This document shows, one piece after another, positions 45,637 through 55,022 of a stretch of 64,000 nt of DNA. Below the pieces are notes generated by a model. It was not told where the DNA came from. It made no database searches and saw nothing but the letters and a program-made list of their open reading frames with translations. This DNA is from a virus: positions 64,001 to 128,000 of IMG/VR virus record IMGVR_UViG_3300037993_001242. One strand, written 5' to 3'. The position numbers and the translations under genes are program-made. The number at the start of each line of letters is the position of its first letter. The stretch's first letter is position 1.

Positions 45637-47184
45637 TCAATCCTCAAAATGGAAATAAGGGCAGACTTTGTGCTTTTTGGCTTTGATTAACATCCACATG
45701 AACGACACGAAAATAACCAGTTGCCTGAACACCCATAAGAAAGCGTATCCCATGCCTTTGGCTCCTGTAGCAATGCCCCGGCCCACCATTTTGGCTGCGT
45801 CCAAAATGCCAGTGGTAATTTCCACGCAGGCTTTGTGCATGGGTGACTCCGCTGCCCGCTGCATCTTTTCTTCGCATTTGCGCCGCATTGCCGCGTAGCG
45901 CGCCGTCGCCGCCTCGATCTGCTGTTGGAATTGCGCATCCCGTTGCGCTGTGTAAATGCTGGCCTTCATGCGCTCTTCGTCAAACACCCAGTCGGACAAC
46001 TTATTCTTGACGGAATCATAGGGCACATTGTCCCATGCGGCCCTGATCCTCTTTTGCGCACCGTCGATGGCTTTTATTTGCTTGAAAACTGATGTCGGAT
46101 AGTAGGGTGCGTATTCCTGAAGTACGTCTAACTGGTCTTTCCAGTAAATCTCACAGGCCCGGCGCACAACGTATGGAGCCACCGTCTTCAACGCTTTGCT
46201 CCTGTCTATGTTGCCGTCACTGGTGGCCTGATTGACCCAGTATTCCTTCCACATCAATTCGGACAACACGTCCACCCAGCGCTGGCGATTACGGGCGCGA
46301 AGTTCTCTGGCGTCCATGCGCTGTTCGATCCATTGAAGCCAGCGGTCGGCAATCCAACCGTAACTGGCAGTCAACACCACGATAGCGACAAAGTAGACCC
46401 ACCACGGAATTGACCACGAACCGGGGGAATACTTAAAAATTGCCCACAGGTAATGACCCAAAAACCAGAGCGAAACCCACAGTGCATAGCCGAGCCATTT
46501 GATCCCCGCGCTGATCCCATAGCCGATGACTTTTATAATCACCCATAAATCCGCGCAGAAGTCTATTGCCAAATTCTTACATTGGCCGGGCGCAAAAATG
46601 AGCAAGGCCACAATGACGAGAATCGCCCACACGTAGAGGTACGCTTCCGTACGACAACGGGGCAGGTTTTTACGCGAACGTATGGCGGCATGAATCAAGG
46701 AGGCGATGACGATGATAATGCCACCGGCAATTGCCCAGAACTCAACCATGAACAGCGGCTCCTGCGTCACGTCGTGGATATACCACCGGCACAATGCAAA
46801 AAATCCGAAATTGAGCAATACGAGCAATGTGAACGCACAGATCATAACCACGACGCCGAAGCCGGGCGTATCGTTGTATTCCTCGTCCTCCGCCCGCCGA
46901 CCGATAATCAACCGGCGCAACTGGAGCAGAAGCCATTTATCAACGGACACAAAGGGCCGTCCCACGGTGGCCAGAAACAGTGGCCCGATCACCCGCGACA
47001 ACGCCACCGCAAAGGGCCGGAAAACCAGCAGACTGAAGAGACTGAGCCAGAAGTAAGGGCAAATCGAAAATCCGGCGGGCGGCTCTTTTGTCCAGAGCGG
47101 ATTTTTGAAAAGATATTCAAAATTTCGATGAACCCAACTGTTTCGTTTGTACCAACGGCGCGCTCTTTCTTCGGAGACTAACAT
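45637..47184 (-). CDS. Multi-pass membrane protein
   Basis: About 7 hydrophobic segments plus a soluble helical domain. Confidence 0.8.
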   Translation of the reverse strand: MLVSEERARRWYKRNSWVHRNFEYLFKNPLWTKEPPAGFSICPYFWLSLFSLLVFRPFAVALSRVIGPLFLATVGRPFVSVDKWLLLQLRRLIIGRRAEDEEYNDTPGFGVVVMICAFTLLVLLNFGFFALCRWYIHDVTQEPLFMVEFWAIAGGIIIVIASLIHAAIRSRKNLPRCRTEAYLYVWAILVIVALLIFAPGQCKNLAIDFCADLWVIIKVIGYGISAGIKWLGYALWVSLWFLGHYLWAIFKYSPGSWSIPWWVYFVAIVVLTASYGWIADRWLQWIEQRMDARELRARNRQRWVDVLSELMWKEYWVNQATSDGNIDRSKALKTVAPYVVRRACEIYWKDQLDVLQEYAPYYPTSVFKQIKAIDGAQKRIRAAWDNVPYDSVKNKLSDWVFDEERMKASIYTAQRDAQFQQQIEAATARYAAMRRKCEEKMQRAAESPMHKACVEITTGILDAAKMVGRGIATGAKGMGYAFLWVFRQLVIFVSFMWMLIKAKKHKVCPYFHFED

Positions 47185-47231
47185 AATCGTGATGGTGTAT
47201 ACGTTGTTGTCTGATTTGTCAACTCAAAATT

Positions 47232-47540
47232 TTATATCTGCTTTTTGAAGGCATCGGAGAAGCGCTTTTTGCCGAAGGCCCGCTGGAATGCCGGGCTGGC
47301 TTGCTCGATCAGCGCATCAACCTTTTTACACAGCCGTCGCAGTTTGCGATCCCGATTGCGCTGGCATCGCAGCGCGATCTGCATCTTTGGATGACGATAA
47401 CCCTTTTGTGTGCGCTTGCGCGACAACTTTTCAAGCTCCATCTTTTCAGCCACCGTGGCAGTGGAAAGCGCCTCTTTCACCACCAGTTCGCGAAAGCGCG
47501 CCTCGTCTTTCCGGTTGAGCTTGTATTTTGGTTCGTACAT
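47232..47540 (-). CDS. Basic hypothetical protein
   Basis: MYEPKYKL..., downstream of the tRNA. Confidence 0.55.
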   Translation of the reverse strand: MYEPKYKLNRKDEARFRELVVKEALSTATVAEKMELEKLSRKRTQKGYRHPKMQIALRCQRNRDRKLRRLCKKVDALIEQASPAFQRAFGKKRFSDAFKKQI

Positions 47541-47559
47541 CTGACTCGAAGAACGCAAT

Positions 47560-47633
47560 TGGCGCTTCCGACGGGGATCGAACCCGCGTGCTCCGTTTTA
47601 GAGACGAATGCCTTGCCACTAGGCTACGGAAGC
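47560..47633 (-). tRNA. Amber suppressor tRNA (anticodon CUA)
   Basis: 74-nt cloverleaf, TTCGT-CT-CTA-AA-ACGGA, G73-CCA, canonical T-loop. Confidence 0.9.
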
Positions 47634-47660
47634 GTTTTATCTATTATTCACGATTTTGCG

Positions 47661-47688
47661 TTGACTGTCAAATATCGTCGTATACATT
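47661..47688 (+). promoter_or_regulatory. Sigma70-type promoter
   Basis: TTGACT-N16-TACATT-N8-ATG. Confidence 0.6.
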
Positions 47689-47696
47689 TAGCTGGC

Positions 47697-48326
47697 ATGA
47701 GCATCATTACCGCTGCCGCCCAATTAGCTGCGCGCTACCACAAAGAACAGACGCGCAAAAACAATGGCCGTCCTTACATCACGCATCTCATTCGCGTGGC
47801 GGGACGGGTGGCCACCCTTCCCGGAACGGAAGACGCTGACGTGGCTGGAAGTTTTCTCCACGACATACTGGAAGATATTCCCAAAACCCTCGATGTCTTC
47901 CACCAGATGCAGTTTGAAATTTTGGAAACGTGCGGGCAGGAAACCCTCGATATTGTGGTCGCCCTGACCAATCCCAGCAAGGGCATGAAACTGCCCCGTC
48001 CCGAACGCAAGCAGATTGACCGCGATCATCTGGCCAAATGCCCCCGGCGGGTCAAGCGGATCAAGCTGGTCGACCGGATCGACAACGTTGAAGAGTCCAT
48101 TGTTGACTTGTCGCTGGGTCTCGACAAAAGCACCAAATTCAACGAAATATACGCGAACGAATCCGAACAACTTTTGACTGAAGCCCTGTGCGGTGCAGAC
48201 GTGGAATTGGAAACGGAATTGGCGCGCAGCATCCAAAATTTGCGCTTCGTCTGTTCCCGCATCAAGCTGGGCCAATCAATTGCCGAATTCCGCGACGCGC
48301 TTCGAGGAAAAATCCTTAGTAGTTAA
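47697..48326 (+). CDS. HD-domain (p)ppGpp hydrolase-like protein (Mesh1/SpoT-HD)
   Basis: HKEQTRK..GRPYITHLIRVA, LHDILED, IKLVDRIDN. Confidence 0.88.
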   Translation: MSIITAAAQLAARYHKEQTRKNNGRPYITHLIRVAGRVATLPGTEDADVAGSFLHDILEDIPKTLDVFHQMQFEILETCGQETLDIVVALTNPSKGMKLPRPERKQIDRDHLAKCPRRVKRIKLVDRIDNVEESIVDLSLGLDKSTKFNEIYANESEQLLTEALCGADVELETELARSIQNLRFVCSRIKLGQSIAEFRDALRGKILSS

Positions 48327-48331
48327 TACAC

Positions 48332-48772
48332 ATGAAAGCAAAAGACTTGATCACCGGAAGACATTTACACGAAGGCGCAGAAGACGAGGCCCGCCGAGGC
48401 CCTCAACCGCCGCCGGGAAGTACCAGCGGCCAAATGCCGCCAGCAGGCACTACGAGTAATCCGCTTGATCCGCGCCGGATGCGCCGGGGAGGCCCGCCCG
48501 GACGACTGCCGGGGCCGCCGCGTCTCTTTGCCGGGCCGGAAGAAAGTGCCCTGAAAGACATCATGCTGCTTTTCCTGACCGAAGTCGCGGGCAACAGCTA
48601 CGACGGCGCAATCGTGCGCAAACTGGTGGAAGGAAAAGACCTCGACCGGGGCGAACTCCAGCACATTTTGGACGAAGGAGCGCGCATCGAAAGACTGCCG
48701 GAATCACACGCCAAAGTTCTGGAAAAAATCCATCAGTTGATCCAAAGAATGCCCGCCGCGCCGCCGCGTTAA
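48332..48772 (+). CDS. Tagged Pro/Gly-rich hypothetical protein
   Basis: MKAKDLITGRHLHE; GTAGTTA-N6-ATG. Confidence 0.65.
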   Translation: MKAKDLITGRHLHEGAEDEARRGPQPPPGSTSGQMPPAGTTSNPLDPRRMRRGGPPGRLPGPPRLFAGPEESALKDIMLLFLTEVAGNSYDGAIVRKLVEGKDLDRGELQHILDEGARIERLPESHAKVLEKIHQLIQRMPAAPPR

Positions 48773-49201
48773 TCACGCAGGCTGCGGTTCCAAAGCAACA
48801 GCGTACTCACGGCGGGGAATTGCCCGGATACCGTAGGTGCGGAATATGTTGGCAAAATTGACCGAAGAAAGCGGCTTGGACAGGAAACCCACCACTCCCA
48901 GATTCGCGCCATCCATACAGCCGGTGGCCTCAGCGCGCTCGGCAACCACGATGACCGGCAATGTGGGCTTTTCTTCCTTGATGTAGCGCAAAACTTCGAT
49001 GCCGCTTTTTATTGGCAGTGACAGATCGAGAAAAACAACGTCGTAGGGCTTTTCCCCAACAAAATCAATGGCGCGCTCGCCGTCGATGACCCAGTCAATG
49101 TCGCATTCGTACTGATCACGAATGTTGACTAAAAAAAGATTGCCGACCGTGTAGTCATCCTCCGCCAAAAGAATACGCGGTGGCCGCAACAATTTTGACA
49201 T
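48773..49201 (-). CDS. Stand-alone CheY-like response-regulator receiver
   Basis: ILLAEDD, VVFLDL, SGIEVL, FLSKP. Confidence 0.9.
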   Translation of the reverse strand: MSKLLRPPRILLAEDDYTVGNLFLVNIRDQYECDIDWVIDGERAIDFVGEKPYDVVFLDLSLPIKSGIEVLRYIKEEKPTLPVIVVAERAEATGCMDGANLGVVGFLSKPLSSVNFANIFRTYGIRAIPRREYAVALEPQPA

Positions 49202-49563
49202 TAAGGCTTCAACAAGTGCCATAAAGCATCAAATACCATTTTGAGTAACGCGGATAAAACAACCAGACCAAGGGCGGCAACCACTGCCCATTTGCCCGAA
49301 ATCAACTGCTTCCAGTCCGATAACGTAGCTATGGTCTTGCTGGTCTCAGTTATGCGCCGGTCGCAATCCAGCACGTCTTTGTTGACCTTGAGCAGCGCGC
49401 TGACCAACCAGTTGTTCTGGTTTTCCAACCTGCTCATTGTCTCCACTAAATACCGCTCGCTCTCCGAAAGCTTACACAGCAAATGGGGCGGTATCGTGCT
49501 TTTGAATTCTTTAAGCTCAAGTAGCTCATAGGCCCGTGGCGCGCTCGGTTGCTCATTGCTCAT
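49201..49563 (-). CDS. Coiled-coil protein with C-terminal TM helix
   Basis: 120 aa; WAVVAALGLVVLSAL. Confidence 0.65.
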   Translation of the reverse strand: MSNEQPSAPRAYELLELKEFKSTIPPHLLCKLSESERYLVETMSRLENQNNWLVSALLKVNKDVLDCDRRITETSKTIATLSDWKQLISGKWAVVAALGLVVLSALLKMVFDALWHLLKP

Positions 49564-49648
49564 AATGCGTCCACTTAAATACCAGCCTGTTGGACGGGTT
49601 CTTCCGAATTTTGTGGACGGCCCGATTCCGGCCCAATAGATTCAATCC

Positions 49649-50080
49649 ATGGATGACATCACAAAATTTGTAACCGAAAGCAACCGTATTGAAGGCATAC
49701 GGCGGCGGCCAACACGGGCCGAACTGGAGGAATTCCAAAGATTTTTGGCTCTGGAGGAGGTCACCGTCGAGGAGTTGGAGCACTTCGTAAGGGTTTATCA
49801 GCCCGGCGCAAGACTTCGCGACCAATTCGGTCTTGATGTCCGTGTGGGCCGCCATCTGCCACCGCGAGGCGGCCCGGAGATACGCAATCATCTGCTTGAT
49901 CTGCTGCTTAATGACGACCTGAGTGCTTACGAGCAGCACGTTGCTTACGAAGTCCTGCATCCCTTCACCGACGGCAACGGACGTTCAGGCCGAGCACTCT
50001 GGGCGTGGCGCGTGAGAGATTTTCCTTTGGGCTTTCTTCACACGTTTTATTACCAGACACTGGACTCGTCGCGTCATTGA
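49649..50080 (+). CDS. Fic-domain protein
   Basis: Canonical HPFTDGNGRSGR; ESNRIEG. Confidence 0.93.
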   Translation: MDDITKFVTESNRIEGIRRRPTRAELEEFQRFLALEEVTVEELEHFVRVYQPGARLRDQFGLDVRVGRHLPPRGGPEIRNHLLDLLLNDDLSAYEQHVAYEVLHPFTDGNGRSGRALWAWRVRDFPLGFLHTFYYQTLDSSRH

Positions 50081-50089
50081 ATTTTCCCG

Positions 50090-50118
50090 TTGACAGACTG
50101 TCTTTCGGCGTATACAGT
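50090..50118 (+). promoter_or_regulatory. Sigma70-type promoter (leaderless)
   Basis: TTGACA-N17-TACAGT-N7-ATG. Confidence 0.75.
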
Positions 50119-50125
50119 TTCAGGA

Positions 50126-50722
50126 ATGCTCCTGACCGGAATCAAAGAAATTGAACGCCGAATAAAGTGGCCTGTCGCCCGCTGGAATGGCAATTGCTAC
50201 GCCGTCGCCGTGGCTATTTTCAAGGCCAAGCTGGTTCCTGCCAAATCCCATGTCCGTTACGGCGTCTGGCACGGGCCGATTGCTTCCACCAGTTCCTTCG
50301 CCGGAAGACCTTTTACCCATCATGGATGGATTGAACTGCCCGATAACCAAATTTACGATCCGACGCGCTTTGTTTTTGAAGCTCAACGACCCTACATCTG
50401 GATTGGCACCGATGAAAAGGGCTACTATGATGTTGCCGGTCAGCGGTTGAACAAAATCTTTTATCGTGAATGCCCGGCTGCCGAAGAAAAACCTGTCAAG
50501 CTGACCGACCGACAACGCCAAGTCCTCGGACAGTTCCTCCCCTCCATCTGCAAACGTGATCCTGATTTTGGTCAGTTGATGTGGTTGGGAAACATGCCGC
50601 CGGATGAAATGAACGGCCAAGCCAAAGCTGTATACATTGTCCTTGAGGAATTAAATTTACAGGCATTGATCCCACTGGATTTCCGAAGATATGTTCTGGA
50701 AGACGACAAAGTTTACGCATGA
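50126..50722 (+). CDS. Hypothetical protein
   Basis: GNCY...HHGWI..IYDPT motif. Confidence 0.7.
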   Translation: MLLTGIKEIERRIKWPVARWNGNCYAVAVAIFKAKLVPAKSHVRYGVWHGPIASTSSFAGRPFTHHGWIELPDNQIYDPTRFVFEAQRPYIWIGTDEKGYYDVAGQRLNKIFYRECPAAEEKPVKLTDRQRQVLGQFLPSICKRDPDFGQLMWLGNMPPDEMNGQAKAVYIVLEELNLQALIPLDFRRYVLEDDKVYA

Positions 50723-51837
50723 CCGGTAGAACTTTAACCCAAGCCTTTCGCGTCCTGAACAAGGCGATATGCCCGGAAGATGTCTTCGGCCCACTCGACG
50801 ATGATCCCCCGGCGTCACTTAAAACGGAGTACCGGGAATGGGCCAAATTGACGCATAGCGACAGATATACTGGCACAGCCGACAAGAAAAAAGCGCAGGA
50901 TGCTTTCGTGTTGCTCCAGAAGTGGCACAAGCTCGCCGAACAAAAAGTCAAGGACGGCAAGTACGGCGACCGCAGCGCCATAACCGAGATAACGGTCAAA
51001 ACCAAAACCGGTGTCTACACGGTTACTGAGCGGGTCGCGTCCGGTGATCTATGCGAAATCTACGGTGGCACGAATCAAGCTAAAGAACGCGTCGTGCTCA
51101 AAGTCACCCGTACACCGGCCAATAACGACCTGATCGCCAATGAAAGTGCCCAGCTTCGCTATCTGTGGGACAACCCCAAACGGGCGAAATTGAAGTTGAT
51201 GCAGCACATTCCCCAACTGCTGGACGCTTTCGAGTTGAAGCAGGACAAGATCACCAAGCGGGTCAACGTTTTTCGCAGACTCGACGGGTACTTCACAATG
51301 CAGGACGTGCTGGACGAATACCCGGAAGGTCTTGATCCGCATGACGCCGCGTGGATGTGGAACCGGCAGTTAAGTTCGCTGGTCATCACCCATGAGGCCG
51401 GTATCGTACACGGTGCCGTGTTGCCCCGGAATTTCATGCTCTGCCCAACCGACCCCGTGCCCCACGACGGCATCTTGATCGACTGGGCATATTCGGTCAA
51501 AACCGGCGGCCAATTCAGAGCCATCTGCCCGGACGAAAAGGTCAACTATCCGCCGGAAATCTTTGTCAAAAAACCCGCCAGCCCCGCCACCGACATCTAC
51601 ATGTCAGCGGTCTGCATGATCCGGCTGCTCGGTGGGCAAATGACCAAGAGCGGAGCGGAGTTGCCGCCCACGGTACCACGTCCGATCAAAGGTTTGCTGC
51701 GCTCGTGCTTGCTGTCTGTGGCGCATCGGCCCAAGGACGTGTTCGAGGTCTTCCGCGACTTTGAACAGATTTTGAAACAACTTTATGGCCCGCGAAAATT
51801 TCGTCCGTTCTCAATGCCACGAGCAACAATTAAATAA
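50719..51837 (+). CDS. J-domain-like plus Ser/Thr kinase-fold protein (atypical catalytic loop)
   Basis: YREWAKLTHSD; VVLK; IVHGAVLPRN; IDWAYS. Confidence 0.75.
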   Translation: MTGRTLTQAFRVLNKAICPEDVFGPLDDDPPASLKTEYREWAKLTHSDRYTGTADKKKAQDAFVLLQKWHKLAEQKVKDGKYGDRSAITEITVKTKTGVYTVTERVASGDLCEIYGGTNQAKERVVLKVTRTPANNDLIANESAQLRYLWDNPKRAKLKLMQHIPQLLDAFELKQDKITKRVNVFRRLDGYFTMQDVLDEYPEGLDPHDAAWMWNRQLSSLVITHEAGIVHGAVLPRNFMLCPTDPVPHDGILIDWAYSVKTGGQFRAICPDEKVNYPPEIFVKKPASPATDIYMSAVCMIRLLGGQMTKSGAELPPTVPRPIKGLLRSCLLSVAHRPKDVFEVFRDFEQILKQLYGPRKFRPFSMPRATIK

Positions 51838-51840
51838 TCT

Positions 51841-52080
51841 ATGGAAAAAACAATCCAAGAGCGTGTTCAAACGATTTTAATCGACCAACTGGGCGTTAAG
51901 CCAGAACAAGTGACACCAGAAGCCGATCTCGTCAAAGACTTGGGCGCAGATGAACTGGACATCATTGAAGTGGCCATGGCCGTCGAAGAGGCGTTCAGCC
52001 TCGAACTGCCCGACCAAGACCTTGAGAAAATCAAGACCGTCGGCGACATGGTTCAGTACATCCAAAAGCGACTTGCATAA
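51841..52080 (+). CDS. Acyl carrier protein-like, attachment Ser replaced by Glu
   Basis: [32 protein letters not shown]. Confidence 0.9.
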   Translation: MEKTIQERVQTILIDQLGVKPEQVTPEADLVKDLGADELDIIEVAMAVEEAFSLELPDQDLEKIKTVGDMVQYIQKRLA

Positions 52081-52084
52081 ATTT

Positions 52085-52261
52085 ATGGGAAAACCTGACG
52101 ATACTGAAATTGAAACTGTCGAGGAGCACCGCCATGACTGCGGTTGTGACTGCGGCTTTGATGACGAACCAACAACCGCCAGAAGCTGGGTCATATATGC
52201 TGTTGCCACCATCGGCGTGCTGATCTGTCTCGGCATCCTCTGGTACCTCCACAACCACTGA
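52085..52261 (+). CDS. Small membrane protein
   Basis: HDCGCDCG then TM helix. Confidence 0.55.
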   Translation: MGKPDDTEIETVEEHRHDCGCDCGFDDEPTTARSWVIYAVATIGVLICLGILWYLHNH

Positions 52262-52266
52262 CCATT

Positions 52267-52743
52267 ATGGGAAAACAAGACGAAACTGACGAGGCCGATG
52301 TGCCCAACACCACCACACCACCTGAACCGGCGGAACTTGCTTACAGTGCATACTGCACCATCCGCAACTGGAAAGCCGTCAACGGCGATCCGCTTCCGCT
52401 TTGGGCCGATGTCACGGAAGACATCAAAGAAGGCTGGCGCGCCGCTGTTAAAGCTGTCCTGCCTGCGAAAGAAACCGTCGTAGATAAAGGCGAGACCCTG
52501 CGACTGGCAACCAATCCAGCAGATGTGGAATTGCCCTTGCTCACCGAGGATCAGATCAACACCATGGATTTGGAGGAAGCTTGCTCCCAACTTGGCAACC
52601 GTGTATACAAGGTCTGCCTGCTGTACGAGCAACTTGAACACCGGGGCGTCGTTCGGGGCAACGGACATCACGCGGCACAGCATATTGCGAAGCTGGCTGA
52701 AACAGAGTTACGCGAACGCTGGATTACCAAACCGGCGGCATAA
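52267..52743 (+). CDS. Hypothetical protein
   Basis: 158 aa in operon. Confidence 0.65.
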   Translation: MGKQDETDEADVPNTTTPPEPAELAYSAYCTIRNWKAVNGDPLPLWADVTEDIKEGWRAAVKAVLPAKETVVDKGETLRLATNPADVELPLLTEDQINTMDLEEACSQLGNRVYKVCLLYEQLEHRGVVRGNGHHAAQHIAKLAETELRERWITKPAA

Positions 52744-52786
52744 GCAGCACCAACAACCACTAAAACAAAACGAAAGGTATAAGCCT

Positions 52787-53251
52787 ATGGGCTATAGAGA
52801 CTACAGTCACGAAACATACACCGCCCGTATGCGGGAGCATACGGAAAAAGGAACCGATCCGTTTACGCACAGTGCGGAAATCCGCTCTGGCCACACGGAG
52901 ATGAAGGTTCACGAAAAACTCGATCCGTCCAAGAAAAACAAGGCGGGCCGGAACATCCGGGAAAGCTTTGACAGCGACACCCATCCCGAAAGTCACCCTG
53001 TTGCCGTCATCTTCGACGTAACCGGTTCCATGGCGAGCGTTCCCCGCATCTTCGTGGAAAAACTCGGCACCCTCATGGCGACGCTGGTCAAGAAGGACTT
53101 CCTCCAGCATCCGCACATCCTGTTCGGTGCGGTCGGCGACGCCACCGTCTGGATCGACGCCGAAACCCACCTGCGCTCGCACGGCGATCAGATTTTTGAT
53201 CTCACAAAAGTTCGAGCCTTTTTGACTGCCGCCCGGCCCTTCATAAAATAG
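52787..53251 (+). pseudogene. Truncated vWA-domain gene
   Basis: MIDAS-type DVTGSM and GAVGDA, then abrupt unrelated tail. Confidence 0.55.
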
Positions 53252-53486
53252 TCCCGCCAACTCTTTTTGTAATGCTGATTTTCAACAGCTTACAAATTTC
53301 TCGCCGCCATCTCGCCGTTGTAAACATTGGTAATTTTGCCCGAATCCGCTGTCAACAAATTATTTTAGTTCAATGTTGACGCGGGTTTTATGACTTAAAA
53401 CCAGCCCGTTCTTAACTTCCATCAATTATCGTTTGGTAAAATAGTGTGACGGTTGAACGAATCAACCGTACGACAGAAAGACAAAT

Positions 53487-53714
53487 ATGAACGAAACAGA
53501 AAACATAAATCCGACTCCCCACCTGAACCGGAGCAAGGTAAAACAAACGGCACTGGAGTTCGCCGCCACCCAACACTTCACCTTCACCGGCGGCAAAAAG
53601 CCAAGGTTCAATCGCGTCAGCCTGAACTTTTTGCAGCGCATCGAAGGCCGGGTCAAAGCGATGATCGCCGATGAAGTTAAGCAGCAGCCCAGAATAGGAA
53701 AGACCCTGCAATGA
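53487..53714 (+). CDS. Small hypothetical protein
   Basis: ATGA overlap with next gene. Confidence 0.6.
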   Translation: MNETENINPTPHLNRSKVKQTALEFAATQHFTFTGGKKPRFNRVSLNFLQRIEGRVKAMIADEVKQQPRIGKTLQ

Positions 53715-54514
53715 AACTGGAACTCAAAATCACCAACCGCAGCCGGTACGACGACATCGAAGTCGACATCCTCGTCCGGTTTGCGCTCAGTACCGTGCAT
53801 CAAGTGTGGCCCATCGAACGCTCGCCTTTGAGACTCAAAGTAACGAACACCCGCAAAAGCTGGGGCGGCTACGGTTACATCCGGGGCTATGGAACGGACG
53901 CCGAGGGCTTTCATGCCTGTATACGCATCGGAGCACCTGCCCGTTTCGTTAATCCCCGCCGCATTTCCTACGACTATAAATGGAAGGACATGCCCGTGAT
54001 GTTCCTGAACAATTATCGCGAAGCACTGGTATACGTAACCGCGCACGAACTCGCCCACAACGCGGGCAAGTCGGGGCGCAAAGATGGCGAGATGCGCTGT
54101 GACTTTGCCGGGCAAGATGCCGTCGACCAGTACCGGAAACAACAAGCGGTAATCGACGGCCAGATCGCTGACCGCATCCGCCGCCGCGACGAACGCCAGA
54201 GCAGCACTGAACAGCGCCATGCAACACGGGCGGCTTTTGTAAAATCCGCCGCCGGTCGATTGCAAAAATCCGAACGGATGCTGGTTTACTGGAAACGCCG
54301 GGCCAAGATCGCCAAAACCAAAATCAGCCGGTACCAGCGCAGTGTTACGGCTTTGCGAAAGAGCGCGGCCCGCGCAGTCAATCCTCCAGCAGGTAGCCCA
54401 CCACCTGCTGCGCCACAGGACTCTCCGCCGTCATGCCCGCTGGAAGCGGCGGCAGGTTATCCACCGGTGTCTCCGCCGGACTCGGTTCCTCACTGTGCGC
54501 CGCAATGCGGTTAA
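53711..54514 (+). CDS. HExxH (SprT-like) metalloprotein
   Basis: VTAHELAHN; C-terminus overlaps the opposite-strand gene. Confidence 0.6.
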   Translation: MKLELKITNRSRYDDIEVDILVRFALSTVHQVWPIERSPLRLKVTNTRKSWGGYGYIRGYGTDAEGFHACIRIGAPARFVNPRRISYDYKWKDMPVMFLNNYREALVYVTAHELAHNAGKSGRKDGEMRCDFAGQDAVDQYRKQQAVIDGQIADRIRRRDERQSSTEQRHATRAAFVKSAAGRLQKSERMLVYWKRRAKIAKTKISRYQRSVTALRKSAARAVNPPAGSPPPAAPQDSPPSCPLEAAAGYPPVSPPDSVPHCAPQCG

Positions 54515-54686
54515 AGTAATCGTGGGCGCGCCGCTGAGCGTAGTCTTCGCTGACGTTTTCACCTTCCGCTTCGTAGGACGTGAACTTGTCCTTTATCTGG
54601 CCGCCCTGAAGCACCAAAAATTGTGTCCCGCCGAAATTGACAACTTCCATTCCGGGGAACCGCTCGTCGGTGTAAATGCGCTTCAT
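54378..54686 (-). CDS. Hypothetical protein with C-terminal AQQVVGYLLE
   Basis: GTAGTTA-N6-ATG. Confidence 0.65.
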   Translation of the reverse strand: MKRIYTDERFPGMEVVNFGGTQFLVLQGGQIKDKFTSYEAEGENVSEDYAQRRAHDYFNRIAAHSEEPSPAETPVDNLPPLPAGMTAESPVAQQVVGYLLED

Positions 54687-54716
54687 TTTCAATAACTACT
54701 GCGTCGTATTTAATGC

Positions 54717-55022
54717 GTGAAGCTGATCTTCATCGCGTGCGCGCTGTTCCTGACTGGATGCGTGAGCTTCAATCGTGGGGGTACAACCCACCACGTCATC
54801 TTGGGCTTTGGCATCGTTAGCGTCAACAGCACCAATACGGCTGCCGCCGATGTCATCAAAACTCAGGTCATTGGCCTCGGTTTCAATGACAGCGGTGCTG
54901 GCGCGCACTTCGACCTCGGCTACGGCGTGACCACCGTCGTCCGGGTCGCCACCAATCAGAACATCGTAATTGAGGTTTCAGATGTTCCCGGAAAACCATT
55001 AACTGTAAATATACCCAAATGA
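54717..55022 (+). CDS. Lipoprotein
   Basis: Lipobox LFLTGC; GTATTTA-N4-GTG. Confidence 0.75.
   Translation: MKLIFIACALFLTGCVSFNRGGTTHHVILGFGIVSVNSTNTAAADVIKTQVIGLGFNDSGAGAHFDLGYGVTTVVRVATNQNIVIEVSDVPGKPLTVNIPK

Noticed and set aside
54378-54514. 137-nt convergent overlap as dual coding
   Set aside because: The plus-strand tail is low-complexity Pro/Ser/Ala, consistent with stop-codon drift
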